DNA of 64,000 nucleotides, taken from IMG/VR virus record IMGVR_UViG_3300034524_000011, positions 11,938 to 75,937 of that record, one strand, 5' to 3'. The notes beneath the pieces were generated by a model, which was not told the origin of the DNA, did not search any database, and saw nothing but the letters and a program-made list of their open reading frames with translations. Shown in pieces: positions 9,400 to 18,126 of this stretch. The stretch's first letter is position 1, and each line of letters opens with the position of its first letter. A program made the position numbers and the translations under genes. Origin of the DNA: a virus.

Positions 9400-10650
9400 A
9401 CGATAGACATTAGCAGAATCAAATACAGAGTGATACTAATTACATCTTCAGGCAAACAGATCGATGTCACCCAGGCTGCCGAAAGTCTCGGATGGGAGGA
9501 AGGCGACGCAGAGCTGGCCATGAGAACCAGCATATCACTCCATAATATCACATACGAAGGCAAAAAACTCTCCAGCATTGCACAACCAGGATGCATAGTG
9601 GTCGTTATTGCAGACTGGGGAACAGGCAGCGACGAGGTCGCCAGAGGAACCATAGTGGAATGGGAACCTGGAGAAATCGGGAACACTGCTACCATCTTTG
9701 ACATCATGGCTTATGATGAGCTCTTCAACCTTCAACAGAGCCAGGATAACCGGTATTATACGGCTGGCACAGGAACCAAATCGGCCATCATGGGAATATT
9801 CAACGACTGGGGAGTACCCGTCGAAAAATACGAGGGCCCGGATGTAGCACATGCAAAGATGCCTTTCAAGAACGAATATTTGAGCAATATTCTCCTGCAG
9901 CTTTTAGATGATGCAGCAAAGAAAGGCGGACCCAAATGCATTATCCGAGCCACAAAAGGCAAGGTAAGCGTGCTGCCGAAAGGAAGCAATAAAACCATAT
10001 ACCACTTTGATGAAGACACAAACGCGACGCTGGTCAGAGATAAGATCAGCACCGCGGATCTTGTCACCAGGGTAAAGGTGGTAGGCAAGGAAGACAGCGA
10101 AGGAAGGCAGCCGGTGGAGGCCGTACTTGACGGATTAACCCAATACGGTATCCGGCAAAGGATCTACAATAGGTCCGAAGACGATACACTGGCCACAGCG
10201 AAATCAGCGGCCCAGCAAATGCTGGACGAGCAAGGCAAACCGGCCAGGCCAATAGTCCTCGAAGCTCCAGACGTGCCAATGATCCGCAAAGGAGACAAAA
10301 TCCATGTCAAGGCAGGTACCCTCAACGGATACTACATCATCAAGGCCATAAGGCACGATGCCGGCAGCAGAACCATGACCATGGAGCTGGAAGACGAAGA
10401 GGACAAAACAACAACAGCTACCACCACACAGGCCACAACCACTGCAGCTTCAAGCTCCGGAGAGTTCAACAAGGGAGATACCGTAATCTTGAACGGACCG
10501 GTATACCGCGACAGCTACGGAAACGGCAAAGGAAAAACCTTCACCAACCGGAAATGCACCATCACCATTAAAGTGGACACTTCAAGGCCATGCCCGTACC
10601 ATGTGGACGCCATCGGCTGGGTAAAGCCAAATACAATAACTAAAGCATAG
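9400..10650 (+). CDS. Baseplate hub (XkdQ/YqbQ-like) with C-terminal SH3b-like extension; start probably ACG at 9400 (first canonical start GTG 9430)
   Basis: Position after the LysM gene; Shine-Dalgarno AGGAGGTG at 9385-9392 points to ACG 9400. Confidence 0.8.
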   Translation, partial: TIDISRIKYRVILITSSGKQIDVTQAAESLGWEEGDAELAMRTSISLHNITYEGKKLSSIAQPGCIVVVIADWGTGSDEVARGTIVEWEPGEIGNTATIFDIMAYDELFNLQQSQDNRYYTAGTGTKSAIMGIFNDWGVPVEKYEGPDVAHAKMPFKNEYLSNILLQLLDDAAKKGGPKCIIRATKGKVSVLPKGSNKTIYHFDEDTNATLVRDKISTADLVTRVKVVGKEDSEGRQPVEAVLDGLTQYGIRQRIYNRSEDDTLATAKSAAQQMLDEQGKPARPIVLEAPDVPMIRKGDKIHVKAGTLNGYYIIKAIRHDAGSRTMTMELEDEEDKTTTATTTQATTTAASSSGEFNKGDTVILNGPVYRDSYGNGKGKTFTNRKCTITIKVDTSRPCPYHVDAIGWVKPNTITKA

Positions 10651-10661
10651 GAGGTGGGAGC

Positions 10662-11108
10662 ATGAAACCATCATCGGGAAGCTCAGGCATAAACAAGCTG
10701 GCCAGGGTAATGCAGCAGCGCATGAAGGAAGTAAATGCATCTCCCCTTCTGCTTGATTTTGGAGTAATCCAAGCGGATTACAGCTTGCTGACCAACACAT
10801 ACCCGATACCAATACCTAAAACGGATTACCTGGTATGCAGGGATGTAACCCATGACCCAGGCAAACCATTAACCCAAACCAAAACCGGACAAGGACAGCA
10901 CCCACATGGCCCAAGCGGAAGCCACGACCAATACCAAGGCGACGGAACTCACAGCCACCCAAATACAGAGGGAGCTCATGTTCACGATGTAGTGGTTCCG
11001 GAAAGCATGCACTGGCTGAAGCCGGGAGACAGGGTCCTGGTGGCCTGGGTACAAAACGACGCCGTAGTCATTGATATCGTGCTACCGGCAACAAAGATAG
11101 GAGGATGA
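10662..11108 (+). CDS. Baseplate spike-like protein (XkdR-like) with His-rich insert
   Basis: LKPGDRVLV motif; HPH/HSH/HVH cluster. Confidence 0.7.
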   Translation: MKPSSGSSGINKLARVMQQRMKEVNASPLLLDFGVIQADYSLLTNTYPIPIPKTDYLVCRDVTHDPGKPLTQTKTGQGQHPHGPSGSHDQYQGDGTHSHPNTEGAHVHDVVVPESMHWLKPGDRVLVAWVQNDAVVIDIVLPATKIGG

Positions 11109-11112
11109 TCAT

Positions 11113-11562
11113 ATGGCAGATAAAAACCTGTTTCCTGTCTTTGACGTTCCAGAGATCAACATAACAACTCCTCCGGAGGAGCAGAAATATAAGCCGAGCG
11201 TTTATTTTGATTTCCAGCTTGGAGACTTCAGGCGAGACGGAGCCAATAAACTGGTGGTGGCCGACGGGAAAGAAGCATACAAACAATGGTGCATTAAAAC
11301 CGTGCTGACAGAACGCATGGAAAGGCTGGCATACAGCAGCGATATAGGAATCGAGCTTCATGACGCCTTAAAACAGGCGGACCGGCAGGCGGTAGAATCG
11401 GCCCTGGAGAGAACTATCACAGAGGCACTCATGGTCAACCCAAGGACAGAATATGTCCGGGGATTTGAGTTTACATGGACCAGTGACAGCATATACTGCG
11501 AGTTCGTTGTAAAGGGCAAAGAATGGGAAGAACAAGAAATCGGTGTGAATTTTCAAACATAA
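11113..11562 (+). CDS. Baseplate wedge / sheath initiator (XkdS, gp25-like)
   Basis: QWCIKTVLTER...YSSDIGIE...ITEALMVNPR motifs. Confidence 0.82.
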   Translation: MADKNLFPVFDVPEINITTPPEEQKYKPSVYFDFQLGDFRRDGANKLVVADGKEAYKQWCIKTVLTERMERLAYSSDIGIELHDALKQADRQAVESALERTITEALMVNPRTEYVRGFEFTWTSDSIYCEFVVKGKEWEEQEIGVNFQT

Positions 11563-11575
11563 GGAGGTGGAATAG

Positions 11576-12712
11576 ATGTCGATACCAGAGTTTACACCGC
11601 CCAGTTTCCTGAATGATCAGGATGCTGAAACAATTCATAAGCGCATGATGGAAAATCTGCCACCGGACATAGACGATACGGAAAATGGCTTTCCTTGGGA
11701 TTTTACCAAGCCTACAGCACTTGAAAAAGCAGAAATGCTGGAATTCCACCTCGTAGAAACGCTGAAGATCATGTTCCCGATGTGGGCATATGACGAATGG
11801 CTGGACTACCATGCCAAAGGGCGCGGTATAACAAGAAAACCTGCAAACGCAGCTTCAGGAGAGCTCCTTATAACAGGAGTACCAGGAACAACAATACCTG
11901 CAGGTTTCAGGTTCGCCGCACCGGCCACAGCTGACACGCCGGCAATTGAATATCAGACAACCGAAAAGTATACCATCGGCGAAGATGGGACCGTAAGAGT
12001 TCAAGTAACGGCTGTTGAACCAGGGACCAAAGGGAATGTGCCGGCAAATACGGTTACTTTGATGATGACGCCAATCAAAGGCATTACATCAATAACCAAC
12101 GAAGCAAGCATTACAGGCGGAACCGAAGTAGAGAGCGACGATGAGCTGCGCAATAGGATATTAGAAATTGACGCAGCCAGCGAGGCCAGCTTTGTCGGCA
12201 GCGATGGTGATTATAAGCGATGGGCGGAGGAGGTTCCTGGTGTAGGTACCGCGCTGGTAATGCCGGAATGGGCAGGACCAGGAACGGTGAAGGTGGTCGT
12301 AATTGACGCCAACGGCCAGCCGGCCAACCAGGCGATAATTACTGCAGTATACAACAACATCATGTCGCCGGACGACAGGCTGCAGAGGAAGGCTCCAATA
12401 GGCGCCACGGTCACCGTAGAGGCACCGACGGCCAAGGAGATAAATTATAGCTTCACACTCGAATTAAAGGCAGGTGTGAACCAGGAAACTGTTCTGGAGC
12501 GTTTCAAAGCGCAGCTTCGAACATATTACGTCGAAGCCAAGAAGGAAGGAGTAGTGAGATACAACAGGGTAAGCTCAATTTTAACCAACACAGAAGGAGT
12601 GAAAGACTTCACGGGACTGACCATGAACGGAGGTACCGTCAATATCGTGCTTGAGGAGGACGAATACCCGGTAACGGGCACTATTGATCCGGGCGGAGGT
12701 GGCAGCGAATGA
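11576..12712 (+). CDS. Baseplate J-like protein (XkdT)
   Basis: GGTEVESDDELRNR, DYKRWAEEVPGVG, GPGTVKVV motifs. Confidence 0.93.
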   Translation: MSIPEFTPPSFLNDQDAETIHKRMMENLPPDIDDTENGFPWDFTKPTALEKAEMLEFHLVETLKIMFPMWAYDEWLDYHAKGRGITRKPANAASGELLITGVPGTTIPAGFRFAAPATADTPAIEYQTTEKYTIGEDGTVRVQVTAVEPGTKGNVPANTVTLMMTPIKGITSITNEASITGGTEVESDDELRNRILEIDAASEASFVGSDGDYKRWAEEVPGVGTALVMPEWAGPGTVKVVVIDANGQPANQAIITAVYNNIMSPDDRLQRKAPIGATVTVEAPTAKEINYSFTLELKAGVNQETVLERFKAQLRTYYVEAKKEGVVRYNRVSSILTNTEGVKDFTGLTMNGGTVNIVLEEDEYPVTGTIDPGGGGSE

Positions 12713-13374
12713 ATTTAGAGAATTTCCCTACCAGCCCGGCGGCCAAGAGAATGCTGAAGACCGTATCGCCGATTTATGACAAGTCCTATATTGCAAAGTG
12801 GATATTCCAGGTCATGGGCCTGGAGATAGACGAGGCATGGCAATTCATCGAAGAGCTGCGCCTTCAGGCATTCCCGGAGACGGCCACATGGGGAATAACA
12901 TACTGGGAGCAACGATATAATATCCCACCCGATGAAAGCCTATCCCTTGAGGAACGCCGGCAGCGCGTGATCATTAAACGAGGTAAGCGCTCTCCAATGA
13001 ACCCGGCAAGAATTGAACGGATTGTAAGAGACGTGACAGGCAGAGAGGACATGGTAACCGAGCAAAACGGAGAGTACACCTTTTATATTTCCATTTTGCC
13101 GGGAGAATCGACGGTGGACTACCAGGAGCTAATAGACACCATAAAAAGCGTGAAGCCGTCGCATCTTGCATTTAAAGTGCTCTTCGAAACCGACGTGTCA
13201 ATGACAATCCAGGTAAACAACCAGGCCTACACATTCGAATATCCGCTCACAGGGACCATCCCGGATATAAACACGGTAGGAGGCATAGAACACGGGTCAA
13301 TATTACCGAGCATTACAGCACAAGGCTCGGTATTTGATTATCAGCTTTGCGGCGAAGGAGAACGCGACCTATAG
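12709..13374 (+). CDS. Baseplate wedge protein (XkdU/YmfQ-like)
   Basis: TATWGITYWEQRYNI...LEERRQRV...KPSHL motifs. Confidence 0.85.
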   Translation: MNLENFPTSPAAKRMLKTVSPIYDKSYIAKWIFQVMGLEIDEAWQFIEELRLQAFPETATWGITYWEQRYNIPPDESLSLEERRQRVIIKRGKRSPMNPARIERIVRDVTGREDMVTEQNGEYTFYISILPGESTVDYQELIDTIKSVKPSHLAFKVLFETDVSMTIQVNNQAYTFEYPLTGTIPDINTVGGIEHGSILPSITAQGSVFDYQLCGEGERDL

Positions 13375-13388
13375 AAAGGAGGAAAGCC

Positions 13389-13700
13389 ATGGGATTGCTA
13401 ACAGCGGCGGCGATTGAAGGGTATAAGGAGTATACCAGGAAGACAATCGCATATGCCAGATACAAAGCAGGCGGCAATTATTACAACGCTAAAATTTCTT
13501 CGGTTTCCGTCCTTCCGGATGGCAGACTGGCGGTCGATTTCCTGATCGACCATATGGTACCAGGGGACATCAACGTGACGGAGGTTCAGCTTTACGACAC
13601 GAACAATAACCTCTGGCTTTCAAAGCCGGAAAGCCTGGTCCGAAAGGATGTGCAAGAAGGAATTTTATACAGGTTCACATTCATAATTCAGGAAGGGTAG
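13389..13700 (+). CDS. Hypothetical tail/baseplate protein
   Basis: Strong RBS AAAGGAGG; position in the fibre region. Confidence 0.7.
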   Translation: MGLLTAAAIEGYKEYTRKTIAYARYKAGGNYYNAKISSVSVLPDGRLAVDFLIDHMVPGDINVTEVQLYDTNNNLWLSKPESLVRKDVQEGILYRFTFIIQEG

Positions 13701-13710
13701 GTGAAAAAGC

Positions 13711-14229
13711 GTGCATAAACAGACCGAATGGAAGGACCATGTGACCCAGTTTCCGAACCGGAGGATCATAACTGACAACGGCGACGGAACAGTCACAGTA
13801 ACAAAAGCGCAGGGAGAGGTTATCCAGCAAGGGACACCTCAAAGCGCAACCAACTTCAACAACGTAGAGAACGGGATCCAGGACGCCCATACAGCCTTTC
13901 AGGTATTCCTGCATTACTTCATGCAGTTTGACCGCTGGATCAGGCAGAAGGTGGCGGACTTTGCGGCCGAGTTTCTCAATGAAATTCAGACTGTGACCCT
14001 CACGAATACGCTTAAGTTCCCATTCAACGACAGCGTTTATACAGTGAGCCTGGTAACACCAAGGAAGACGCTTAACTATGACGTGAGCTGGGAGATCACC
14101 AGCGCAAACGGCAATGTCGGCGATATTACCGTGTCCGACAAACAGCTGAACGGCTTCAAAATTGCCTTTGATGGCAGCGCAACAAGCGTAACGATTAAAT
14201 TAAGAATTAAAGGAGGCATGCTCGTATGA
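13711..14229 (+). CDS. Putative tail fibre / adaptor protein
   Basis: WKDHV...QQGTPQSATNFNNVENGI resembles fibre N-terminal modules. Confidence 0.6.
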   Translation: MHKQTEWKDHVTQFPNRRIITDNGDGTVTVTKAQGEVIQQGTPQSATNFNNVENGIQDAHTAFQVFLHYFMQFDRWIRQKVADFAAEFLNEIQTVTLTNTLKFPFNDSVYTVSLVTPRKTLNYDVSWEITSANGNVGDITVSDKQLNGFKIAFDGSATSVTIKLRIKGGMLV

Positions 14230-14552
14230 AGGTAATCGAAAAGAACGAAGGTCCTAAAATCGCTTACGAAGAAAACGGTACAATGGTATTTCTCGGCGAT
14301 TACGAGCTCATGATCAACGTGGCCAAGTACCAAAGAGACTGGCCGATGCACATTGATATTTGCCGCAATAGAGATAACCAACTGGTCATAGGCACAGGAG
14401 AGGGCCTGTACTATGTGGCACAATTTGATATACCGGCAATCAAATACACGGAACCAGAGACCGAAGAGGAAATCCCAGAGCCGCTACCTATCGACATGAG
14501 CGAGGTAGTTCTAACGCTTTGGAGCCTTGAAAACCTGGTACCGTCAAACTAA
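14226..14552 (+). CDS. Hypothetical protein upstream of the DGR target
   Basis: ORF with RBS, ATGA overlap. Confidence 0.7.
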   Translation: MKVIEKNEGPKIAYEENGTMVFLGDYELMINVAKYQRDWPMHIDICRNRDNQLVIGTGEGLYYVAQFDIPAIKYTEPETEEEIPEPLPIDMSEVVLTLWSLENLVPSN

Positions 14553-14568
14553 AGGAGGACTGAACAAG

Positions 14569-15660
14569 ATGGCAAATTTTGATTTAGTGAAATTGGCACT
14601 AAAGGCGACATGCCCAGGAAACGACGTATTGTTGGACGATAAAGGGCTACCCAGCGTCATGGTGCGTATTCCGAAGTTTAAGATTTCAGACGTAATCGCC
14701 GGAGGCAGCAACAGCACACATCCAGCGTTCATCGTTAATGGAATAGAAGTTCCGGAAATATACATTTCCAAATTCCAGAATGTAATCCATAACGGCAGAG
14801 CCTACAGCCTGCCTGGCGAGGACCCCAAGACAAGTATTAACTTTGACACAGCAAGACAGGCATGCGAGGCCAAAGGACCAGGCTGGCATCTTATGACGAA
14901 CGCCGAATGGGCGGCGTTGGCATTATGGTGCAGGAAAAACAGCCTTATGCCTAAAGGCAACAACAACTATGGCAAAGACACAAGCGAGAGCACGTTCGTT
15001 GCTATTCCAACTTCAGACTCAAATGGCGGCACATACGACACCGGTGACACCATTGGTAGAGTCGCAACCGGAACCGGCCCTGTGACATGGAGCCACAATG
15101 GAGAGGTCACAGGCATATGGGATTTAAACGGCAATGTATGGGAGTGGATAGGTGGATACCGTACAGTAGATGGGGAAATTCAAATCCTACCCAATAACGA
15201 CGCTGCAGATGCAGATAATAGCCAGCTGGTTGATAGCACAAAATGGAAGGCAATCATGCCAGATGGAACACTTGTTGCACCAGGAACAGCTGGAACTCTT
15301 AAATGGGATTACACTGCCGCAAACCCAACAGGGCAACAGCCATTCAGACTTAATACAACGATCGAGTTCCCGGCAGCAGATGATACACCGTATGGAGGAA
15401 TAAGTTTCTCAGCTTTAACTGCTGCATCAGGTGTTAACGTGCCAGAAATATTAAAAGCACTCGCACTATTCCCTGCAGACACCGGGGACCATGGCGGAGA
15501 TTATATTTACATGAGAAACAGAGGCGAGCGCCTCGCGTGTCGCGGCGGCGGCTGGTACAACGGTTCGGCGGCCGGTGTGTTCAGTCTGAGCGGCTACCTT
15601 CCGCGCTCGTCCGTCGGCGCGAGCCTCGGGTTCCGCTCCGCTTTTATTCCGGGAATCTGA
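14569..15660 (+). CDS. DGR target protein; C-type-lectin (FGE-like) fold, Mtd-like putative receptor-binding protein
   Basis: WHLMTNAEWAAL, GIWDLNGNVWEW, C-terminal RGGxW...GFRSA; carries the VR; RBS before ATG 14569. Confidence 0.92.
   Translation: MANFDLVKLALKATCPGNDVLLDDKGLPSVMVRIPKFKISDVIAGGSNSTHPAFIVNGIEVPEIYISKFQNVIHNGRAYSLPGEDPKTSINFDTARQACEAKGPGWHLMTNAEWAALALWCRKNSLMPKGNNNYGKDTSESTFVAIPTSDSNGGTYDTGDTIGRVATGTGPVTWSHNGEVTGIWDLNGNVWEWIGGYRTVDGEIQILPNNDAADADNSQLVDSTKWKAIMPDGTLVAPGTAGTLKWDYTAANPTGQQPFRLNTTIEFPAADDTPYGGISFSALTAASGVNVPEILKALALFPADTGDHGGDYIYMRNRGERLACRGGGWYNGSAAGVFSLSGYLPRSSVGASLGFRSAFIPGI
15529..15642 (+). repeat. DGR variable repeat (VR)
   Basis: 114-nt match to 16107-16220; 17 mismatches, all at TR adenines. 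Confidence 0.97.
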
Positions 15661-15688
15661 TATCTGGAACCCTGAATATCTGATCATT

Positions 15689-15708
15689 AGGGAGCCGCAA
15701 GGCTCCCT
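15689..15708 (+). other. DGR homing hairpin/cruciform downstream of VR/IMH
   Basis: AGGGAGCC-GCAA-GGCTCCCT, perfect 8-bp stem with 4-nt loop. Confidence 0.8.
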
Positions 15709-15734
15709 TTCAATTTTCAAGACGGAGGGATTAG

Positions 15735-16073
15735 ATGGAAGAGCTGAAGATACTGCAGAAGACATACGACATGATCATGTATGGAAACCAGTGCCTTCTG
15801 CAATTTCCCAGAGCAGAGCGATATGCACTTGCAGCAGAGATTAAGCAAAGCATGTATAAAATTTTGAGACTTATCATCCAGGCAAATAAACAACGCAACA
15901 AAAGGCAGCTTCAAATCGAAATCGACACAGAGCTGGACGTGCTGCGTACGTTTATCAGATTGGCGGCAGATAACCAGACGAAATATCTTCCGCTCCGAAA
16001 ATATGAAATTTGGAGCAAGCAACTGAACGAAATCGGGAAGATGCTCGGAGGCTGGATGAAGTCCACAAATTAG
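15735..16073 (+). CDS. avd: DGR accessory variability determinant
   Basis: 112-aa basic helical protein; FPRAERYALA...EIGKMLGGW; lies between VR and TR. Confidence 0.92.
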   Translation: MEELKILQKTYDMIMYGNQCLLQFPRAERYALAAEIKQSMYKILRLIIQANKQRNKRQLQIEIDTELDVLRTFIRLAADNQTKYLPLRKYEIWSKQLNEIGKMLGGWMKSTN

Positions 16074-16106
16074 ATAACACCGGGGATAGATCGCATAAAC
16101 TTGCGG

Positions 16107-16220
16107 CGCCTCGCGTATCGCGGCGGCAACTGGAACAACGGTTCGGCAGCCGGTGTGTTCAGTCTGAACGGCAACAATCCACGCTCGAACGTCAACACGA
16201 ACATCGGGTTCCGCTCCGCT
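16107..16220 (+). ncRNA. DGR template repeat (TR); part of a template RNA likely spanning ~16074-16403
   Basis: AAC-rich invariant copy of VR between avd and RT. Confidence 0.95.
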
Positions 16221-16403
16221 CTGCCCCCACACGTCAGAAGCCTGGCGCTCACGTGGCACCAGGACGGAACAGGGGGACAAAGGGATCTATCTCCGTGCCT
16301 TTTGAGACAGCAGAGGGCAAAAGATTGAATTGCCGAGAAGACGACCGGTAGGAAACGAAAGCCGCCACGCTCGGCGTAATCAACAATTCGGAGGGAGGTA
16401 CAC

Positions 16404-17495
16404 TTGGAAACACTACGAAATATTTACCCCACCATTTATGACTTCGAGAACCTCCACAAAGCATACTTAAGCGCCAGAAAGAACAAGCGGTACCGAGGGG
16501 ATGTACTGGAATTCACAGCAAACCTCGAAGAAAACCTTATCCAGCTGCAAAATGAACTGATTTATAAGACATACCAAGTAGGTAGGTACCGGGAGTTCTA
16601 TGTTTATGAGCCAAAGAAAAGGCTTATCATGGCCCTGCAGTTCAGGGACCGGGTAGTCCAATGGGCTATATACCGACACCTGAACCCATGGTTTGATAAG
16701 CAATTCATATACGACAGCTACGGCTGCCGAGAAGGGAAAGGCACCCACCGTGCAGCGGATCGACTTCAATACTGGATAAGACAAGTGAGCAGAAAGGAGG
16801 GACGGTATTATTATTTAAAGCTGGATATTTCAAAATTCTTCTACCGGGTAGATCATGCAGTTTTAATGGACATTCTCCGGAAGAAAATCGAGGACCAGGA
16901 CCTGCTGGATCTCCTCGAAAAAATTATCAACTGCGAACATACAGCATTTGGCCTGCCGGCATTTACGGACCCAGAAGACTGTTCCAGGGAGGACAGGCTC
17001 TTTGACAAGGGCATGCCCATAGGCAATTTAACCAGCCAGCTCTTTGCAAACATTTATTTGAACGAGCTGGACCAGTACGCAAAGAGGGAGCTGCGGCTGC
17101 ACTACTACATACGGTACATGGACGACATCATCATTCTTCACAACGACAAGCAGTACCTCCGGGCAATAAAGGATGACATCGAGAACTTTCTCTGGGAGCA
17201 CTTAAAGCTGAACCTCAATAAAAAGACAGCAATCAGGCCAATAAGTCAAGGCATCGAGTTTGTAGGCTTCCGGATCTTTCCCACCCATCGCAAATTGAAA
17301 AAATCCAGCGTTAAGAAAATGAAAGCCAGACTGAAGTATGTCAGGTCCGCGTATGAACGCGGCGAAATTGACGAGGAAAGCCTGCGAGCAACGGAGGCAT
17401 CTTATCTCGGAGTAATGAAACATTTCAACAGCTATGGATTACGGAAAGCTCTGGGTTTTGTACCACCGGAGCAATCAGACGGGGAAAAGAGGTGA
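16404..17495 (+). CDS. DGR reverse transcriptase
   Basis: GMPIGNLTSQLFANIYL and YIRYMDD motifs; 363 aa; no maturase or endonuclease domain; TTG start with GGAGG. Confidence 0.96.
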   Translation: METLRNIYPTIYDFENLHKAYLSARKNKRYRGDVLEFTANLEENLIQLQNELIYKTYQVGRYREFYVYEPKKRLIMALQFRDRVVQWAIYRHLNPWFDKQFIYDSYGCREGKGTHRAADRLQYWIRQVSRKEGRYYYLKLDISKFFYRVDHAVLMDILRKKIEDQDLLDLLEKIINCEHTAFGLPAFTDPEDCSREDRLFDKGMPIGNLTSQLFANIYLNELDQYAKRELRLHYYIRYMDDIIILHNDKQYLRAIKDDIENFLWEHLKLNLNKKTAIRPISQGIEFVGFRIFPTHRKLKKSSVKKMKARLKYVRSAYERGEIDEESLRATEASYLGVMKHFNSYGLRKALGFVPPEQSDGEKR

Positions 17496-17504
17496 GTTTT
17501 ATCG

Positions 17505-17822
17505 ATGCAATTTGATATGATAGCAGTTCTGGCCTTTATGGGAGTACCAAGCGCCGTAACAGGATTATGCTTCTGGGCAATCCAGAGGAATATCTTAAAG
17601 CGGGACGCGAAGAGAGAAGAACTCGACAAGGCCAGAGAGAAGAACGAACTCTTAATGATCAAGGGAATAGGCGCTGCAATCGCTCTAGGAGAAGCTACAG
17701 CCCGCGCAATAAAGGACGGGAAATGCAACGGGGAGCTTACAGCAGCGCTGGAATACGCCCAGAAGGTAAAGCACGAGCAGAAAGACTTCCTAACGGAGCA
17801 AGGGGTGAAAAACTTGTATTAG
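17505..17822 (+). CDS. Small membrane protein (holin-like)
   Basis: One N-terminal TM segment plus coiled region; start of the lysis cassette. Confidence 0.55.
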   Translation: MQFDMIAVLAFMGVPSAVTGLCFWAIQRNILKRDAKREELDKAREKNELLMIKGIGAAIALGEATARAIKDGKCNGELTAALEYAQKVKHEQKDFLTEQGVKNLY

Positions 17823-17833
17823 GAGGCACGACC

Positions 17834-18115
17834 ATGAGGAAACGGAATAAAGGCAAGAAAAAGATCGCATTTTCAAAAATCATTTTTGCGGGAGTATCGA
17901 TAATGACCATTTCAGTGGTCATTTTTTCATGCAGGATGATTTATATCACCGGCGACCTTTCACCGCTCGCTTACCTGATACCTTCGGTTTTTGCCGAGCT
18001 GGCCACGGCCACCGGCTTTTATTACAAGAAGGCAGAAAGGGAGAATACAAAGGGCGGTATTGTTTACGACTCTGCAATGGCAGAGAAGGTGAACAACGAG
18101 GAATACTCGGAATAG
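17834..18115 (+). CDS. Two-TM membrane protein (putative holin/antiholin)
   Basis: AGGAGG RBS; basic N-terminus, two hydrophobic helices, YYKKAEREN. Confidence 0.6.
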   Translation: MRKRNKGKKKIAFSKIIFAGVSIMTISVVIFSCRMIYITGDLSPLAYLIPSVFAELATATGFYYKKAERENTKGGIVYDSAMAEKVNNEEYSE

Positions 18116-18126
18116 GAGGTTAGACG

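Noticed and set aside
16101-16328. 75-aa ORF over the TR, and the antisense 187-aa ORF 15717-16280
   Set aside because: Open frame is a by-product of TR mirroring the VR codons; no RBS; TR acts as RNA.
16404-17495. RT as group II intron, retron or Abi RT
   Set aside because: No maturase/endonuclease domain or msr-msd; avd, TR/VR and the GNLTSQ motif identify a DGR RT.
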